Shown here: piece after piece, positions 39,390 through 52,803 of the stretch
Position numbering within the stretch: the first letter of the stretch is position 1
Layout: the number at the start of each line of letters is the position of its first letter
Notes under the pieces: generated by a model
Seen by the model: the letters and a program-made list of their open reading frames with translations, nothing else
The model's database searches: none
What the model was told of the DNA's origin: nothing
Assembly: GCF_006345805.1 (NCBI RefSeq)
Contig: NC_043016.1
Span: forward strand, 9,300,001-9,364,000
Direction of reading: 5' to 3'
From: Octopus sinensis
Taxonomy: Eukaryota
DNA: 64,000 nucleotides
Made by a program: the position numbers and the translations under genes

Positions 39390-41367
39390 CAGGCCTCTTT
39401 GAGTTTCCATCAACCAAATCCACTCACAAGGCTTTGATCAACCCAAGGCTATAGTAGAAGACACTTGCCTAAGGTGTTAACCAGTGAGACTGAACCCAGA
39501 ACCATGTGGTTGGGGAGCAAGCTTCTTACCACACAGCCATGCCATGCCTACATTTATATATCAAGATTTCTTTAAAATGATTTCTATTTATTTATTTTTG
39601 TTTTCTAACAATTTATCCTTAGTCGAACAGAATGGCAGCCCACTCGCAGTTGCAATGTTTTCCTCATATTCTGGTTTCAAAAACAAAAAATAACAAATAC
39701 TATGTTTCTATAACCCCACCCAATTCCACTTCAGAATAAAAAGAAGGGTTCTGGGAGAGAGGGATTAACAGACGGCATTACTAGAAATGAATATCAAAGC
39801 TTAGTGTTCGGTGATAGGAGAGACTAATTATGCACCCATTCAGTCATTTTTTGTTCCTTTGTAGTGGCAGAATTAAATTATCCAATAAATGCTACTTCTA
39901 GCATTTTGTGTGGATCCTCTAAAACAATCAAAGTGAGGAAATATCCATTCAGTCCCATTTCTCTGATGGTTAGAAATTTTCTCTTTTCAGTAGAAAATCA
40001 GAAATATAAATTATGATAACAGCTGCTTTTTTCTTTCTTATATGATTTATTTTTGTTCAAAATGTCATTCATTACAGTTGAATATTAGATATTATGAATC
40101 CCAATACAGACATTTATCCAATTTAGAGACACCAGAAGAAACTATCTGAACTGTGTATTTAACAAAAGAATCAGATGTCACCAGTATCTCTCTATTTTAG
40201 TGACAACAGATTGTGAGCTGTCATTATTGCTATATGCAAGCACTTGTGTCCACTCTGATGTTTGGAATAGTGGAATGTATTCTGAACAATCAATTTGTTT
40301 AGTGACATTTTATATAGATTCATTCAATCATTATCTATAGTTCATGTATGTATACAGTACTATTTTCAAGCATGGGTACTTTCTGAAGCTGCCCAAGGAT
40401 TCCCTGGGTCTTGGGCCCAATGAGACTTAATCTTCAGTGGGCCTTTATTCCCAAAGAGGGCCCAGAACAACTTTTTTTAATGAGTGAATGTTTTTCCAAC
40501 CTGAGATTTAGTGAATTGAATTTATAAGAACCAGAGGAACCTGTGAATATTTCATTAGTGGTAAACTTAATTGGGTTATTTTCTGAAAACTTTATCCAAA
40601 AAAACCTGAAAGCATAGCCTGTGTTGTGTCTGAATGGAAAGACAGTCGCTCAACTGCTTATTCACTGAAAAGTGAAGGAAATTGGAATACAATGATTACT
40701 TAATGCACTTTATATACTTTATGCACAATTTTATAGATTTAATACACAGCACTCTTCCTTTTTCTCTGTGAGTCCTCACCTTACTCTCTTTTTCTCTCAC
40801 TCTTCACCTTTCCCTTCAGCTAAACATGTGAAAACATAACAGATGGGCTAAATAATGGAAGGAAAAAATAAACTTAGTTGAAAAAAAAATTACAGATTTC
40901 ACTAACCATCACCTCTCTTCCCCCTCCCCCCTTTTAAATTATCATGTGAAAACGTGATTACGGACAGGCTAAGTAACAGAACAACAATCAGAATTATTAT
41001 AAGATTATAAAAAAAATTAAGTATGTGTATTTTATGCATCTTTTTTGTTAATTTCAAATTCAAACTTCTGATCCCACCAAATACTATGAAGAAATGATTA
41101 TTTCCTTTGTATTAACTGACCACTAGGGTACGATATGTATTTATAAAAATCTTTTGTCAAATATTCTATTGTGTCTGGGGAGAGTCATTTTCTTTTTTCA
41201 CCGGTAAAATTTCCACTGTTTTCTTATTTTTATTTTCCTAAAATTTTGGTTGCGTCCTGCAATCTTTTTCAATAGTCTTGAAAACGAAATATAATAAGCT
41301 TTTGTTAAATATGTTATGACTTAAAAGTTTTGATTTTTCATTTCTCGGAAAAGAAGTATGAAAATAT

Positions 41368-41935
41368 ATCATCATCATCATCATCATCATCGTTTAATGT
41401 CCGCTTTCCATGCTAGTATAGGTTGAACAGTTCGACTGGGGATCTGGGAAGCCAGGAGGCTGCACCAGGCTCCAGTCTGATCTGGCAGTGTTTCTACAGC
41501 TGGATGCCCTATCTAACACCAACCACTCCATGAGTGTAGTGGGTGCTTTTTACGTGCCACTGGCTCAGTACCAGGTGAGGCTGGCAATGGCCACGATCGG
41601 ATGGTGCTTTTTACGTGCCACTGGCACGGGGGCCAGGCGAGGCTTACAACGGCCACGAACGGATGGTGCTTTTTACGTAGGCCAGTCTGGGCAGAGCTGG
41701 CAACGGCCACGTTCGGATGGTTCTCTTACGTGCCACCGGCACTGGTATCACAGCTGCAATTTCCATTGATGTTGATCGATTTCGATTCTCACTTGCCTCA
41801 ACAGGTCTTCACAAGTAGAGTTTTGTGTCCCCAGAAGGAAAGGTATGCATAAGTGGACTGGCACAACCCGGGTTATGGTCTCACTTGTCCTGCCAGGTTC
41901 TTCTCACGCACAGCACACTTCCAAAGGTCTTGGTT
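41368..41935 (-). mobile_element. RTE LINE 3' UTR (family C)
   Basis: Family C match with (GAT)n tail. Confidence 0.85.
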
Positions 41936-43544
41936 AATTACAATGTTTTTCAGAAAACTTACAAATATTTGGTTATTTTTTGTTTACTTTTCATGTTGCT
42001 TATTTAAAAATAAGAAATGTCATTTCTCTTACTATTTGGCAAGTGATCTTTCTATATTACTATCTATATATCTGCCTATAGGTGGCAAGCTGGCAGACAT
42101 GTTAGTGCGCCGGGCGAAATGCTTAGCGGTATTTTGTCTGTCATTAAGTTCTGAGTTAAAATTCCGCCGAGGTCGACTTTGCCTTTCACCCTTTCGGGGT
42201 CGATAAATAAAGTACCAGTTTCGCACTGGGGTTAATGTAATCAACTTAATCTCTTTGTCTGTCCTCTCTATGTTTAGCCGCTTGTGGGTAATAAAGAAAT
42301 ATATATATCTGCCTATCAATTTTTCTTTCATTCTCTCTCTCTCTTAATTTCAGTTAAGTAGGCAACTAGAAGAACATCATTGCATCAATGGACAACCATG
42401 TAAGAAGCTAAAACTTTCTGCACTTAGTTTTAGATGTAGAACTTTTGCATTGACAGATGCATCTAAATGTTCTTTGTATTAACATGTTGATTCAAAATAC
42501 AGGCAATAAACAGACTTTAAAATGGAGTTTCTTTATTCTTTTACTTGTTTCAGTCACTTTGATAACAGTTATGTTGGAGCATTGCCTAAAAGGTTTTTTA
42601 GTTGAAGCAATGGACCCCAGGACTTATTCTTTGTAAGCCTACTTATTCTACATCTTTTGCCAAACTGCTAAGTTATGGGGGATGTAAACACACCAACATT
42701 GGCTATCAAGATATGGTGATTTGTCATGCATTTCAATTTTGGGATATGAGGGACTCTACCAAACTTGCTTTATTCTTGTACTTGTTTCAGTCATTAGACT
42801 GTGGCCATACTGGGGCACTGACTTGAAGGATTTAGTCAAATGAATCAACCACAAAACTTTGTTTTTTAAAGCCAGGTACTTATTCTATCGATCACCTTTA
42901 CTGAACCACTAAGGGGGACGTAAACACACCAACGCCGGTTAAGTAGTGGTGGTGGTGGGGGACAAACACAAGCACAAAGACACTCACATATATGACAGGC
43001 TTCTTTCAGTTTCCGTTTAACAAATGCACTCAAGGCTTTGGCTGGCCCAAGGTTATAGTAGTAGACACCTGCCCACGGTGTCAAGCAGTGGGACTGAACC
43101 CCAAACCATGAGGTTGGTAAGGAAGCTTCTTACCACACAACCACGTCTTCTTTAGTAACTTTCCTTGTTCTTGGTACTTTTACTATATCTACTAGCATTA
43201 CTCTCTCGTTTAGAACTCATGTTAATAAATTACAGGTTTAGAAATACTGTAAATCTCGAGTAGCACGGCATATAAATCGACACTAAATCTCGAATAGCAC
43301 GGTATATAAATTGACACTAAATGCCGAATAGTACAAAATATATCTTTTTTTCTTTTTTCTACACAGAATGCAGACGTAGCGGCGAGAACCTTAGCAAATT
43401 TCACGTGACTAAAACGATTTAACATTTTAACAGCAGGGAAAATTATACCGCATTCCTCTTTCTTTCCTATGTGTACCATATATACCGCAGTGTGAAACTC
43501 ACGAAGTCGACTACTGCAGAATTCGAACCAAAGTATTCGTGCAA

Positions 43545-43580
43545 CTATATATATACATATACATACATATATATAAATAT

Positions 43581-43611
<31 letters not shown>

Positions 43612-43630
43612 AATGTATACACACACACAC

Positions 43631-43678
<48 letters not shown>

Positions 43679-44070
43679 GTATGTATGTATATATATGTAT
43701 GTATGTATATATATGTATATGTATGTATGTATATATATGTATATGTATATATATGTATATGTATGTATGTATATATATATATGTGTATATATATGTATAT
43801 GTATGTATGTATATATATATATGTATGTATGTATATATATATATGTATGTATATATATATGTATGTATATATATGTATTTATGTATATATATATATATAT
43901 GTATGTATATATGTATGTATATATATATGTATGTATATATATATATGTATGTATATATATATATGTATGTATATATATATGTATGTATATGTATGTATAT
44001 ATATATGTATGTATGTATATATATATGTATGTATGTATATATATGTATATATATGTATATACACACGCAC
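43545..44070. repeat. (TA)n/(TATG)n microsatellite
   Basis: Read directly. Confidence 0.95.
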
Positions 44071-44399
44071 ACAAGCTTTTATCTTTTCGATTAGATTGCG
44101 TCCATGCTGGGGCACCGCCCTCAAGGATTTTTTTTTTGTTTTTTTGAAATAAATTCTTGAGTGTTAAGTTCGTTGAAATATATGTTCGGGATACTTTAGT
44201 AAAAAAGAACACACACACACATGCCAAGTCTGAGTGTCACAGATACATTTTTATCCCATCATATTGGAATGAATGCGTGCGTCATTGACTCGCAAACAGG
44301 ATGTCACACACATAGCACAACCTCAAAATAAGGCACATGGTATGGTGCTAACACTCCAAAGTCAAGGAGTGGCATCTGTGTTTTGAAGTCGTTGACAAT

Positions 44400-44460
44400 C
44401 TAGCGAGCATGCGTAGTAGCTACCAGAAAAATCTCTCTCTCTCTCTCTAACTTCCGGCCC
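44400..44460. promoter_or_regulatory. Candidate housekeeping promoter elements upstream of RAB35
   Basis: CpG-containing unique DNA with an ETS-type ACTTCCGG (about 44449-44456) and an NRF1-like GAGCATGCGT (about 44404-44413). Motif inspection only. Confidence 0.3.
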
Positions 44461-44553
44461 AAAATATTATGCATAGTGATAGCTTTGTAGTTAGCCCTGT
44501 AGGTAGCCTGTCCCCCCAAAACGCTAGACTACCGTTATTACACACACACATAC

Positions 44554-44605
<52 letters not shown>

Positions 44606-45595
44606 GTCCTATAAGAGTACCTGCCCTTTTAATAGCTTTCTATTTCACTTAAGAGATCATGTAAGTTTGTGTTTGTTTCCAAACTGCAATTAATTTAAAT
44701 AGTAACTTTAAAGGAAGTTATAATTAATATAAATATATTGTCATGCATATTAAAAAGAATTCTTCTTCTTTTTTTTTGAATAACTCTTTAACGATAGGTT
44801 GATTCTATTCATCGTAATAATATTTATTATTCCGTTTTAGGCAGTGTCCTTTTTTTTTTTTTTTTGGCTCAGAAGACCCACCCTATTAGGACACTGCTGC
44901 TGCTGTTGCCGCTGCTGCTACTATTACTACTATCATCATCATTATCATCAATAGCACTATTGTATTAATAAGGTACTGTGTCCACAGTTAACATGTTGCG
45001 AAATGAAACAACAATTATTTTCGAGTACCTGTCATACTCTGAGGGTATTCGGAAATAAGCATCTGTAGCCTTCCCTACCCCTGCTCCGCTTCCTTAGATT
45101 TAATACCTTGTGCCTTTGGTTAGAAATCGATATTTATAATCATTATTAGTTGCTTGCTTCAGGTTTGTAATAGCAGTAGCACTAAAGTGGTAATGTTATC
45201 ACTACTACTACGACTACTATTACTACTTCTGTTATAAAAGAACTTTCATCCGGGAGGGTTGTCACTGGACTCAGTTGTGTGTTTGTAGCATCATTAATCA
45301 CAATCTCTGTCTCCCCTATATCTTCCTCTCTTTTACAAACTCCCCTCTTTAATCTCTGTTTGTGTGTTTCCCCCTCTCTTTTCTCTGTACCTGTCTCTTT
45401 TTTTTCCTCTCTCTTTCTCTCACTGTTTCTCTTTTCCCCCTCTCCGTCTCGCTTTCTCTTCGGCGGAACATAGGGTAATAGAAAAGAGAGAGAGAGACGA
45501 TAAATACTTCTTATTTTTTAAAGGAGACTCTAAAAACAAACAAACAAACAGTGCGCTATCATAGCTAACAACAACAACACTTTTATTTCAGCAGG

Positions 45596-45647
45596 ATGGC
45601 CAACGAGTACGATCACCTCTTTAAATTACTAATTATTGGCGACAGCA
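45596..45647 (+). CDS. RAB35: Rab35 small GTPase, first coding exon
   Basis: ATG-initiated MANEYDHLFKLLIIGDS followed by a GTGAGT donor at 45648 (phase 1). DHLFKLLIIGDS is the Rab35-type N-terminus (Rab1 has DYLFKLLLIGDS). I did not find the next exon in the window. Confidence 0.85.
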
Positions 45648-45970
45648 GTGAGTATTATTGCTTCTCATTTTTAATCTTTTCATTGTGCCTTTTTAATATT
45701 GTATTGTATTGTATTATATTACATTATGTTGTTATGTATAATTTTACCATGCTGCATTTTTGCTATGTCCAATTATTCTCATGTCACATGTATCGTTATT
45801 ACTATGTTACTACACTTTGCAATTATCTATATATCTTGTAATTTTATCCATTCTTTATTTCTTTCATCTTTCAATTATCTGTCTTTTCCCCTCGCCTTTC
45901 TTTCTTTTTTAAAACCATTCTTTTTTGAGAAATTGATATTTGGCAATCAGAGCCATTTGCGACCGTACCA

Positions 45971-46013
<43 letters not shown>

Positions 46014-47142
46014 CTTTCTTTCAAGGACTAACCTAGGGTTACCTTATCATGTTTGTATCACTCAATTCGTTTGTAATAAGGAAAGAAAAACAGTACGGTG
46101 TAGGATTTTAGTGAAATGTTGGTTGTTATTTCTAGCATGCCGAATGATCACATAGTGGTTTGTTGTCTCTATGGATATATTGTTCCGTGTAAAGGCATGT
46201 GGAATATCCAGTTGGTGTGTGATGTTTATAGGAATTCGTCGTAGAGATGAATAAAATCACATACTCATGTCATATCTAGCTATCTCATATACACACATAC
46301 ACTAATTGGTGTAGTTTTGATAACTGAATTGTCATTTTATTTTCAAATGTTTTCGAAATGACTTTAAACTGTCAAAGAAATTGTTAATATTTCTTTTCAT
46401 ATTGTTTCGATAGAATATCATTCGTCCTCAACTAACAAAAACACTTGTTAATAAATAGTTTTGTAATTATATAAGTAACAATCTAGTGGGTGGATCAAAT
46501 TGAAAACCGTCCTGCAAAACTAACATGTCAAATATTATTAAAGTATCTTTATTATTATTATTTTTTATAGTCAACTCTCGTACCACTTTTAAGAAATCAT
46601 TTAATAACATAAAAGTAAATATTATTAAATGTATTGAAAATCATTTTTGCCTTATGGACAAAAATATAAATATATTACTAAGTTTTGGGTGTCGGAGTTT
46701 TCTCTGGAACTAAGCATATGAACAAATTATGGTTTAGTTAAATTTTTATCCCGATTTTAGTGTGAAGTCTTTCTGCGACAGATGAAGTAGATGGGTTTTG
46801 ATTAATTTTATTTGAAAAATATATTTGACTTATTTTCTTTTCCATTAACATAGTTAAAAGTATATCATCGCCTTTAAAAGAAAAATTCGCCGGAAATTGA
46901 TTTTCAAATATTAAAAAAGAAATATAAATTCACGTTTCAGTTATAAAACTATAACTAGTGTGTGCTTCTCTTGATCTCAAAGTTCACTTTACAGTTTAAA
47001 TGTGTCTATTTGGAAACTGGCATCTTTAGTGGCTGTCTAATTTTTAACATTAAAAGAAATACAAGAGGGAGGAAAAGTATATAAAATATCTATCTATCTA
47101 TCTTTCTATACTTCTATCTATCTTTCTATACGTCTATGTATA

Positions 47143-47201
<59 letters not shown>

Positions 47202-47790
47202 CTATCTACTATCTATCTATCTATCTATCTATATAATTAGTTAGCTAGTTAGTTCAAACTGAAGTCCAGAATAGGCTATTGAAGACAAAACGTTTTATAT
47301 ATCCTGGTAGAAAGAACACACTAGTTAAGAGACATATCAATTGCAAGAAATACCCACCCTCTAATTTTATATCATAGGAATGTTAGTCGGAACAGAACAT
47401 TATTTAACGTACGATCGTTATTAAAGTATCGTCTAATAACAGATCAGCTGCTTTTGATACATAAATAACCACTGTTCCATGTTAGTTTTTGTTGGTACTA
47501 TTACTACTATTATTATTGTTATCATTATTATTATACACTGATATTACTATTTTAGATATTGGCCGACTGACTCGGCTTCTACATTATTCTTATATGGAGA
47601 TATATATTGTATGTATATGTGTGAATATATATATGTGTGTGTATGGCTGTATGTATATATATAGAAGTGTATATATATAGATGTGTGTGTGTATATATAT
47701 AAGTATATGAAAGAATGGAGTTGAACGACGAATTAACAAAATTCCTTTATTTTCGACACACACACACACACACACACACACCACACACAC

Positions 47791-47821
<31 letters not shown>

Positions 47822-47841
47822 TATATATATATATATATAAT

Positions 47842-47883
<42 letters not shown>

Positions 47884-50236
47884 ATTATATGTATATATGT
47901 ACGTTTATGTCTATGTATATATATTTATATATGTACATGTCTACATCTGTCTCCATCTATTTTATAAACATATATGTATATATACAGCTATGTATGCATA
48001 TATGTATATATGTATACATATATTTACACACACATACATATATATTTACACACACACACACACATATATATGTATATATACACATACATGTGTATATATA
48101 TATATGTGTGTGTATACATACATACAGATACATTTATATATATAGTTGGCGCGCGCATGGCGGTTTAAACATCCCAACAAAACAATGATTCGCTTTGTTT
48201 AATTTATTTCTTAAATAACAGGAGAAAACTTGTTTTACTTATGTAGTTTAAGAAGGCAGGTCTTTGCATGTGGCTCTTCTAATTGCTAAAACTCAATTTA
48301 TAGCGTTAGATCTTCTCTCTGATGATGATGATGATGATGATGGTTCTTGTTTTGCTACATATTTCTTCTTAACATCAAGTCTTTTACATTAATTCTTAGT
48401 TTACAGCTGTTGGCATTTCCTATCTTTGTCAGATAATTTGGTTTAATGTAGTTAGATATTGTATACAGTTAGACAATTCCTGTATTGATATTTTATTCAT
48501 TTAATGAAATGATATTTTACACTTAAAGAATTATTACCACGAGGAAAATTGTACTAAGGAATTGATTTGGTATTGCGGAAGTGACTTTGGTGTAAGGCAA
48601 GACTACATAGGATTTTAACGTGTAATTCGAAGAACAATATTTTGTATAAGTAAGGGAACACTTAAGCATTGTCGTTTGTTTGTTTCCTATTATTCGCACT
48701 CTCTTAAATTAAACGGTTTCTTCTTTTGATCTAAATTCTTTTGAACTCGTTATTCCACGACAGTTCTTGCTTTGTGTTAGCGGCGGGTCCAGATGGTTAA
48801 ATACCAGTTGATTAAGAATTCAGAGCTGACCTGTACATAAGCCGATTGAGGAATAATGTCAATATTGAACAGATAACCTTGTTCTTTGAAAATGGAATAT
48901 ATTCCTCCCAAAGAAAGGTCAAATGTGTGTGTGTATGTTGTTGTTGTTGCTAGGGATTAATATCTACACCTTTATATATCGTCACCTTTCACTTTAGACA
49001 CGCCTAGTCTTTAAAACAGAGATAGCAGGATGAAATGCCATTTGAATTATTTCAGTTTGGCGGTTGCTGGTGGAAAACCTGGTGAGGAAACGAAAGTTTA
49101 GCAATGGTGATATTCTAGGGATACATTTGGCTAGTATGAGACATTGTACATATGCGTGCTGTGTTCCGATTTCATTCATTTATACAATGAAACTTCATTG
49201 AGCACCTCTGCTTCAGGTTAATTAATTAATTATGCATTAGTTTTATGTCCTGCAATATTTAAGAAGATCGTGAGCACCTGTTTTGATTGATCTCTTTTCC
49301 CACTGGTTAGTCTCATGCAAGAAATAATTTTTAAACTTCAGAAATTGTTAAATTTCAAATGGATTACCCCTTTAAAAAATGAGCCGGTGGCACGTAAAAA
49401 AACACCATTCGAGCGCGATCGTTACCAGCATCGCCTTACTGGCACCCGCGCCGGTGGCATGTGTAAAAGATTCGAGTGAGGTCGTTGCCAGTGCCGCCTG
49501 ACTGGCCCCATGCCGGTGGCACGTAAAAGCATCCACTACACTCTCGGATTGGTTGGCGTTAGGAAGGGCATCCATCTGTAGAAACTCTGCCAGATCAAGA
49601 TTGAAGCCTGGTGTAGCCATCTGGTTTGCCGGCCCTCAGTCATGTGCCCAACTCCTGCTAGCATGGAAAGCGGACATTGAATGATGATGATATCAGCCCC
49701 TCAGTTAGTTGAAATAATTCAATTAATAAATGCATCAAACCTGTTTTGCTTTTTCCTTGTTAATATCTACCCAAAAGGTTAAATGTATGTTCATACCAGT
49801 GTGTTATTTGAACAACTTAAGAAGCATGATGAAAGTTTTCTGAATTAGACCACAAGAAAATGAAATAGCAAATTTGGCTTTCTGCTACAAATCATTTTTC
49901 TCTTTTTTTTTTCTGTTGATCAAATTCTTTGACATGGTTGGCAATTTTGCAAGGTTTTCTTTAAATTGTTGAGTGGGACATCACATCTTCTAATATATAT
50001 GTAATCTACATGTTTTAAAAATAAATTTGTTGATTTGATTGAATATGATGGGCAGGTCAAGTAACTGTATAGAAGCTATCTTGTTAACTTTCACTATGAC
50101 AACTTATACAGTCACCGTCTGATAGTGTAATGCAACCTACACCTTGCATATTATACACAATACTTGATACTTCGCAACTTGCACACTGTATATCCCTTGA
50201 TATGCAATATCCTTTACACAATATATATATATACAA

Positions 50237-50580
50237 CTAGCACTATGACCCGGCAACGCTAGTGCATGCATATACAGCTGCGTGTGTGCGCACATGCACG
50301 CGAGTAGTGTCCAAATCTCCGACCAATCACATACAGCTGGCTGGCATTCAATTGGCGTATCAAGTTTCGGGCATTTTGATTGGGTTTTGGATAGAAAATT
50401 CACCAAAAATCACTTCTATTGATTTTTTAATGGCTTTGCGGGGTGACTGGAAGTGTAAAGATGTGCCCGACCACCCTTGGACGGTTTTTAATGACCATAG
50501 AAAGTGCAAGCCCTCTAACTGAAAAATTGTGGATTTGTATAAAGGACATACATGCAGACATTTTTCCGTTTATATATATA
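50237..50580 (-). mobile_element. Non-autonomous Helitron-like element in tandem with the above
   Basis: Minus-strand 3' end GCGTTGCCGGGTCATAGTGCTAG|T at 50237, no ORF, abuts the CTAG end of the neighbouring Helitron. Confidence 0.6.
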
Positions 50581-51419
50581 CTAGCAGAATTGCCCGGTGT
50601 TGCTCGGGGCTGAATTGCTTGAAAGTACTGTTAATGATTGCACTGAATTATGATTATTCAGGCAAATATTGATATAAGTTTACGGTGGGAGATAAGGACT
50701 TAACGATCAAACGTGTGCCATTGCATTGTTTTGGGGGAACCAAATATCTGATGAGCATTATAGGGGCACCAACTTTAAGTTTGAGAAAGTGTGGTGGTAA
50801 TCCGGGGTGCTCAAAGGAATTGAGTACCTCTATTGGATAGTTGATGACGTCCTCTGGGTCAGGAGTTGTATCGATAGCCTGATATACATATACTTCCCCA
50901 GGAATGAGTTTTAGCATTCATCATATAATATGGTGAACAGTTTATTCCTCGGGGCCAGTATAGCCTTTTGGTCAATCCAATCCATATTCTGATAATTAGC
51001 TTGTAGATCTGGGAACACTGCATCTCTGAGATCAGAAGGCGTCTTAACAAAGGTACAAATGGAATCGATGGCAATATTACCAGTTTCATCCCCTGGTATT
51101 TTGCCTTCGCCAAGTGCAAGGAGGGTGTGAGGAAATGCTGCTGATGTGATATTACGTCGCATATGAGCACGCATATTGGTGTGAAGTTTGAGAGTTACTT
51201 CCCTTTATTAAAAAATATGCATAAAATGGAAAAAATGATGGTAAATTATTTGTAAAATCGTAGACTCATCGTAGACGCGCGCTAATACCCAGAAGGGCTC
51301 AATATGAATCACGACTATAAGATACCCGGTTTTGGTTAAACTGCATCGCAAAATGTGGGAGTAGTTAGGAATCTAAATCGGAGTAGACAGACACACAACC
51401 TTTCTTTTATATATAAAGA
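50581..51419 (-). mobile_element. Internally deleted Helitron with PIF1-like helicase remnant
   Basis: Minus strand starts A|TC at 51419 and ends with hairpin CCCG-AGCAACAC-CGGG then CTAG|T at 50581. Helicase fragments AILAPRN and YPIEVLNSFEHPGLPPHFLKLKVGAPIMLIRYL...CNGTRLIV. Confidence 0.9.
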
Positions 51420-51420
51420 T

Positions 51421-51912
51421 TTTCGTCCTAAAAAACTTTGTATGGATGAATGGAAATATATACCGCACATTATACATACATGTGTGTATAGATGAATATA
51501 TAAACACATTTAAATATCTATAATACACTTTTGGGCGATCTTTCTTTTTCTTAGAGATAACTTAGATCTTATTTTCGTCCTAAAAAAACTTGTATGGAGT
51601 GAATGGTTACGTCTATGGAAATATATACACACACGTTATACATACATGTGTGCATAGATGAATATATAAATACATTTATATATCTATATACACCTTTGGG
51701 CGATCTTTCTGCTACTTAGAGATACTTTAGATCTTATTTTCGTCCTAAAAAACTTTGTGCGGAGTGAATGGTTATGTCTATGGAAATATATACACACACA
51801 TTATACATACATTTGTGTATAGATGAATATAAAATACATTAAATATTATATACACTTTTGGCGATCTTTCTGCTACTTGGATATACTTTAGATCTTATAT
51901 TCGTCCTAAAAG
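51421..51912. repeat. Tandem repeat of about 152-165 bp, 3 copies
   Basis: CGTCCTAAAA recurs at 51424, 51576, 51741 and 51902. Confidence 0.9.
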
Positions 51913-52703
51913 ACTTCCTGTTACACACTCACACACACGCACGCACACACACACACCCTCACAACACACCACACAACACACAAACACACACACGTTAGCT
52001 TACAATTTTATTTATATTTTGCGTGTCTATGTGTGTAAAGAGGAAGTGGGAATGCAGAGTGAAAGAGTGAAATGGTAAAATATTTAGTTTTCTCGAATTT
52101 TCTGAAATGGGGGGTGAAATTGAAAGAAATTTTGTATGCCATGACCGAATGGAAGTAATTGAAAAATCATAGGTAAACTCTAATGAAGAAATTGTGTGAG
52201 GAGTAAATTCGTTATGTATTTATTGTTTCTGTTTGCTGTGTTGTTGTTTTTTGAGTAGTGGTTTAAGGTACACTTCTCTTGTTTTATATAAATACTTTCA
52301 CTTTAATCGTTGCACACTTGCAAAGAGAAAGGAGGAGAAATTAGGGTGATAGCATCAGTGAAGCAGTTTGCTCTGTTTGTGTGTGTGTGCGTGTGTGTGT
52401 GCGTGTGTGTGTGCTGTAGCCCACACTAAGAAAAGCACTTCACTTACACACCACAATGTGAGTTTTCTTGAAATTTTGCTTAATTGGGGTTGAAATTTTA
52501 AAAACTGGACCTGGCACGACCCGATGTATTCTACTCTAAAAATGCTAGGTAAATTGTAATTGAAGAAATCCTATATTGTAGATTTCTATAAGAGACAAAG
52601 GGAGGCAGAAAATCTGCCTTTTATAATAAGAGATAGAGAGATATATGAAGCAGTGTCCCAATATGGCATAATGAAATGACTGAAGAAGGGAAAGATATAT
52701 ATA

Positions 52704-52803
52704 NNNNNNNNNNNNNNNNNNNNNNNNNNNNNNNNNNNNNNNNNNNNNNNNNNNNNNNNNNNNNNNNNNNNNNNNNNNNNNNNNNNNNNNNNNNNNNNNN
52801 NNN
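52704..52803. other. Assembly gap (100 N)
   Basis: N run. Confidence 1.

Noticed and set aside
39864-39932. Plus-strand exon candidate AELNYPINATSSILCGSSKTIK, with similar weak candidates near 17559, 21890, 35850, 36440 and 49057
   Set aside because: No recognisable homology and no coherent gene model could be assembled.
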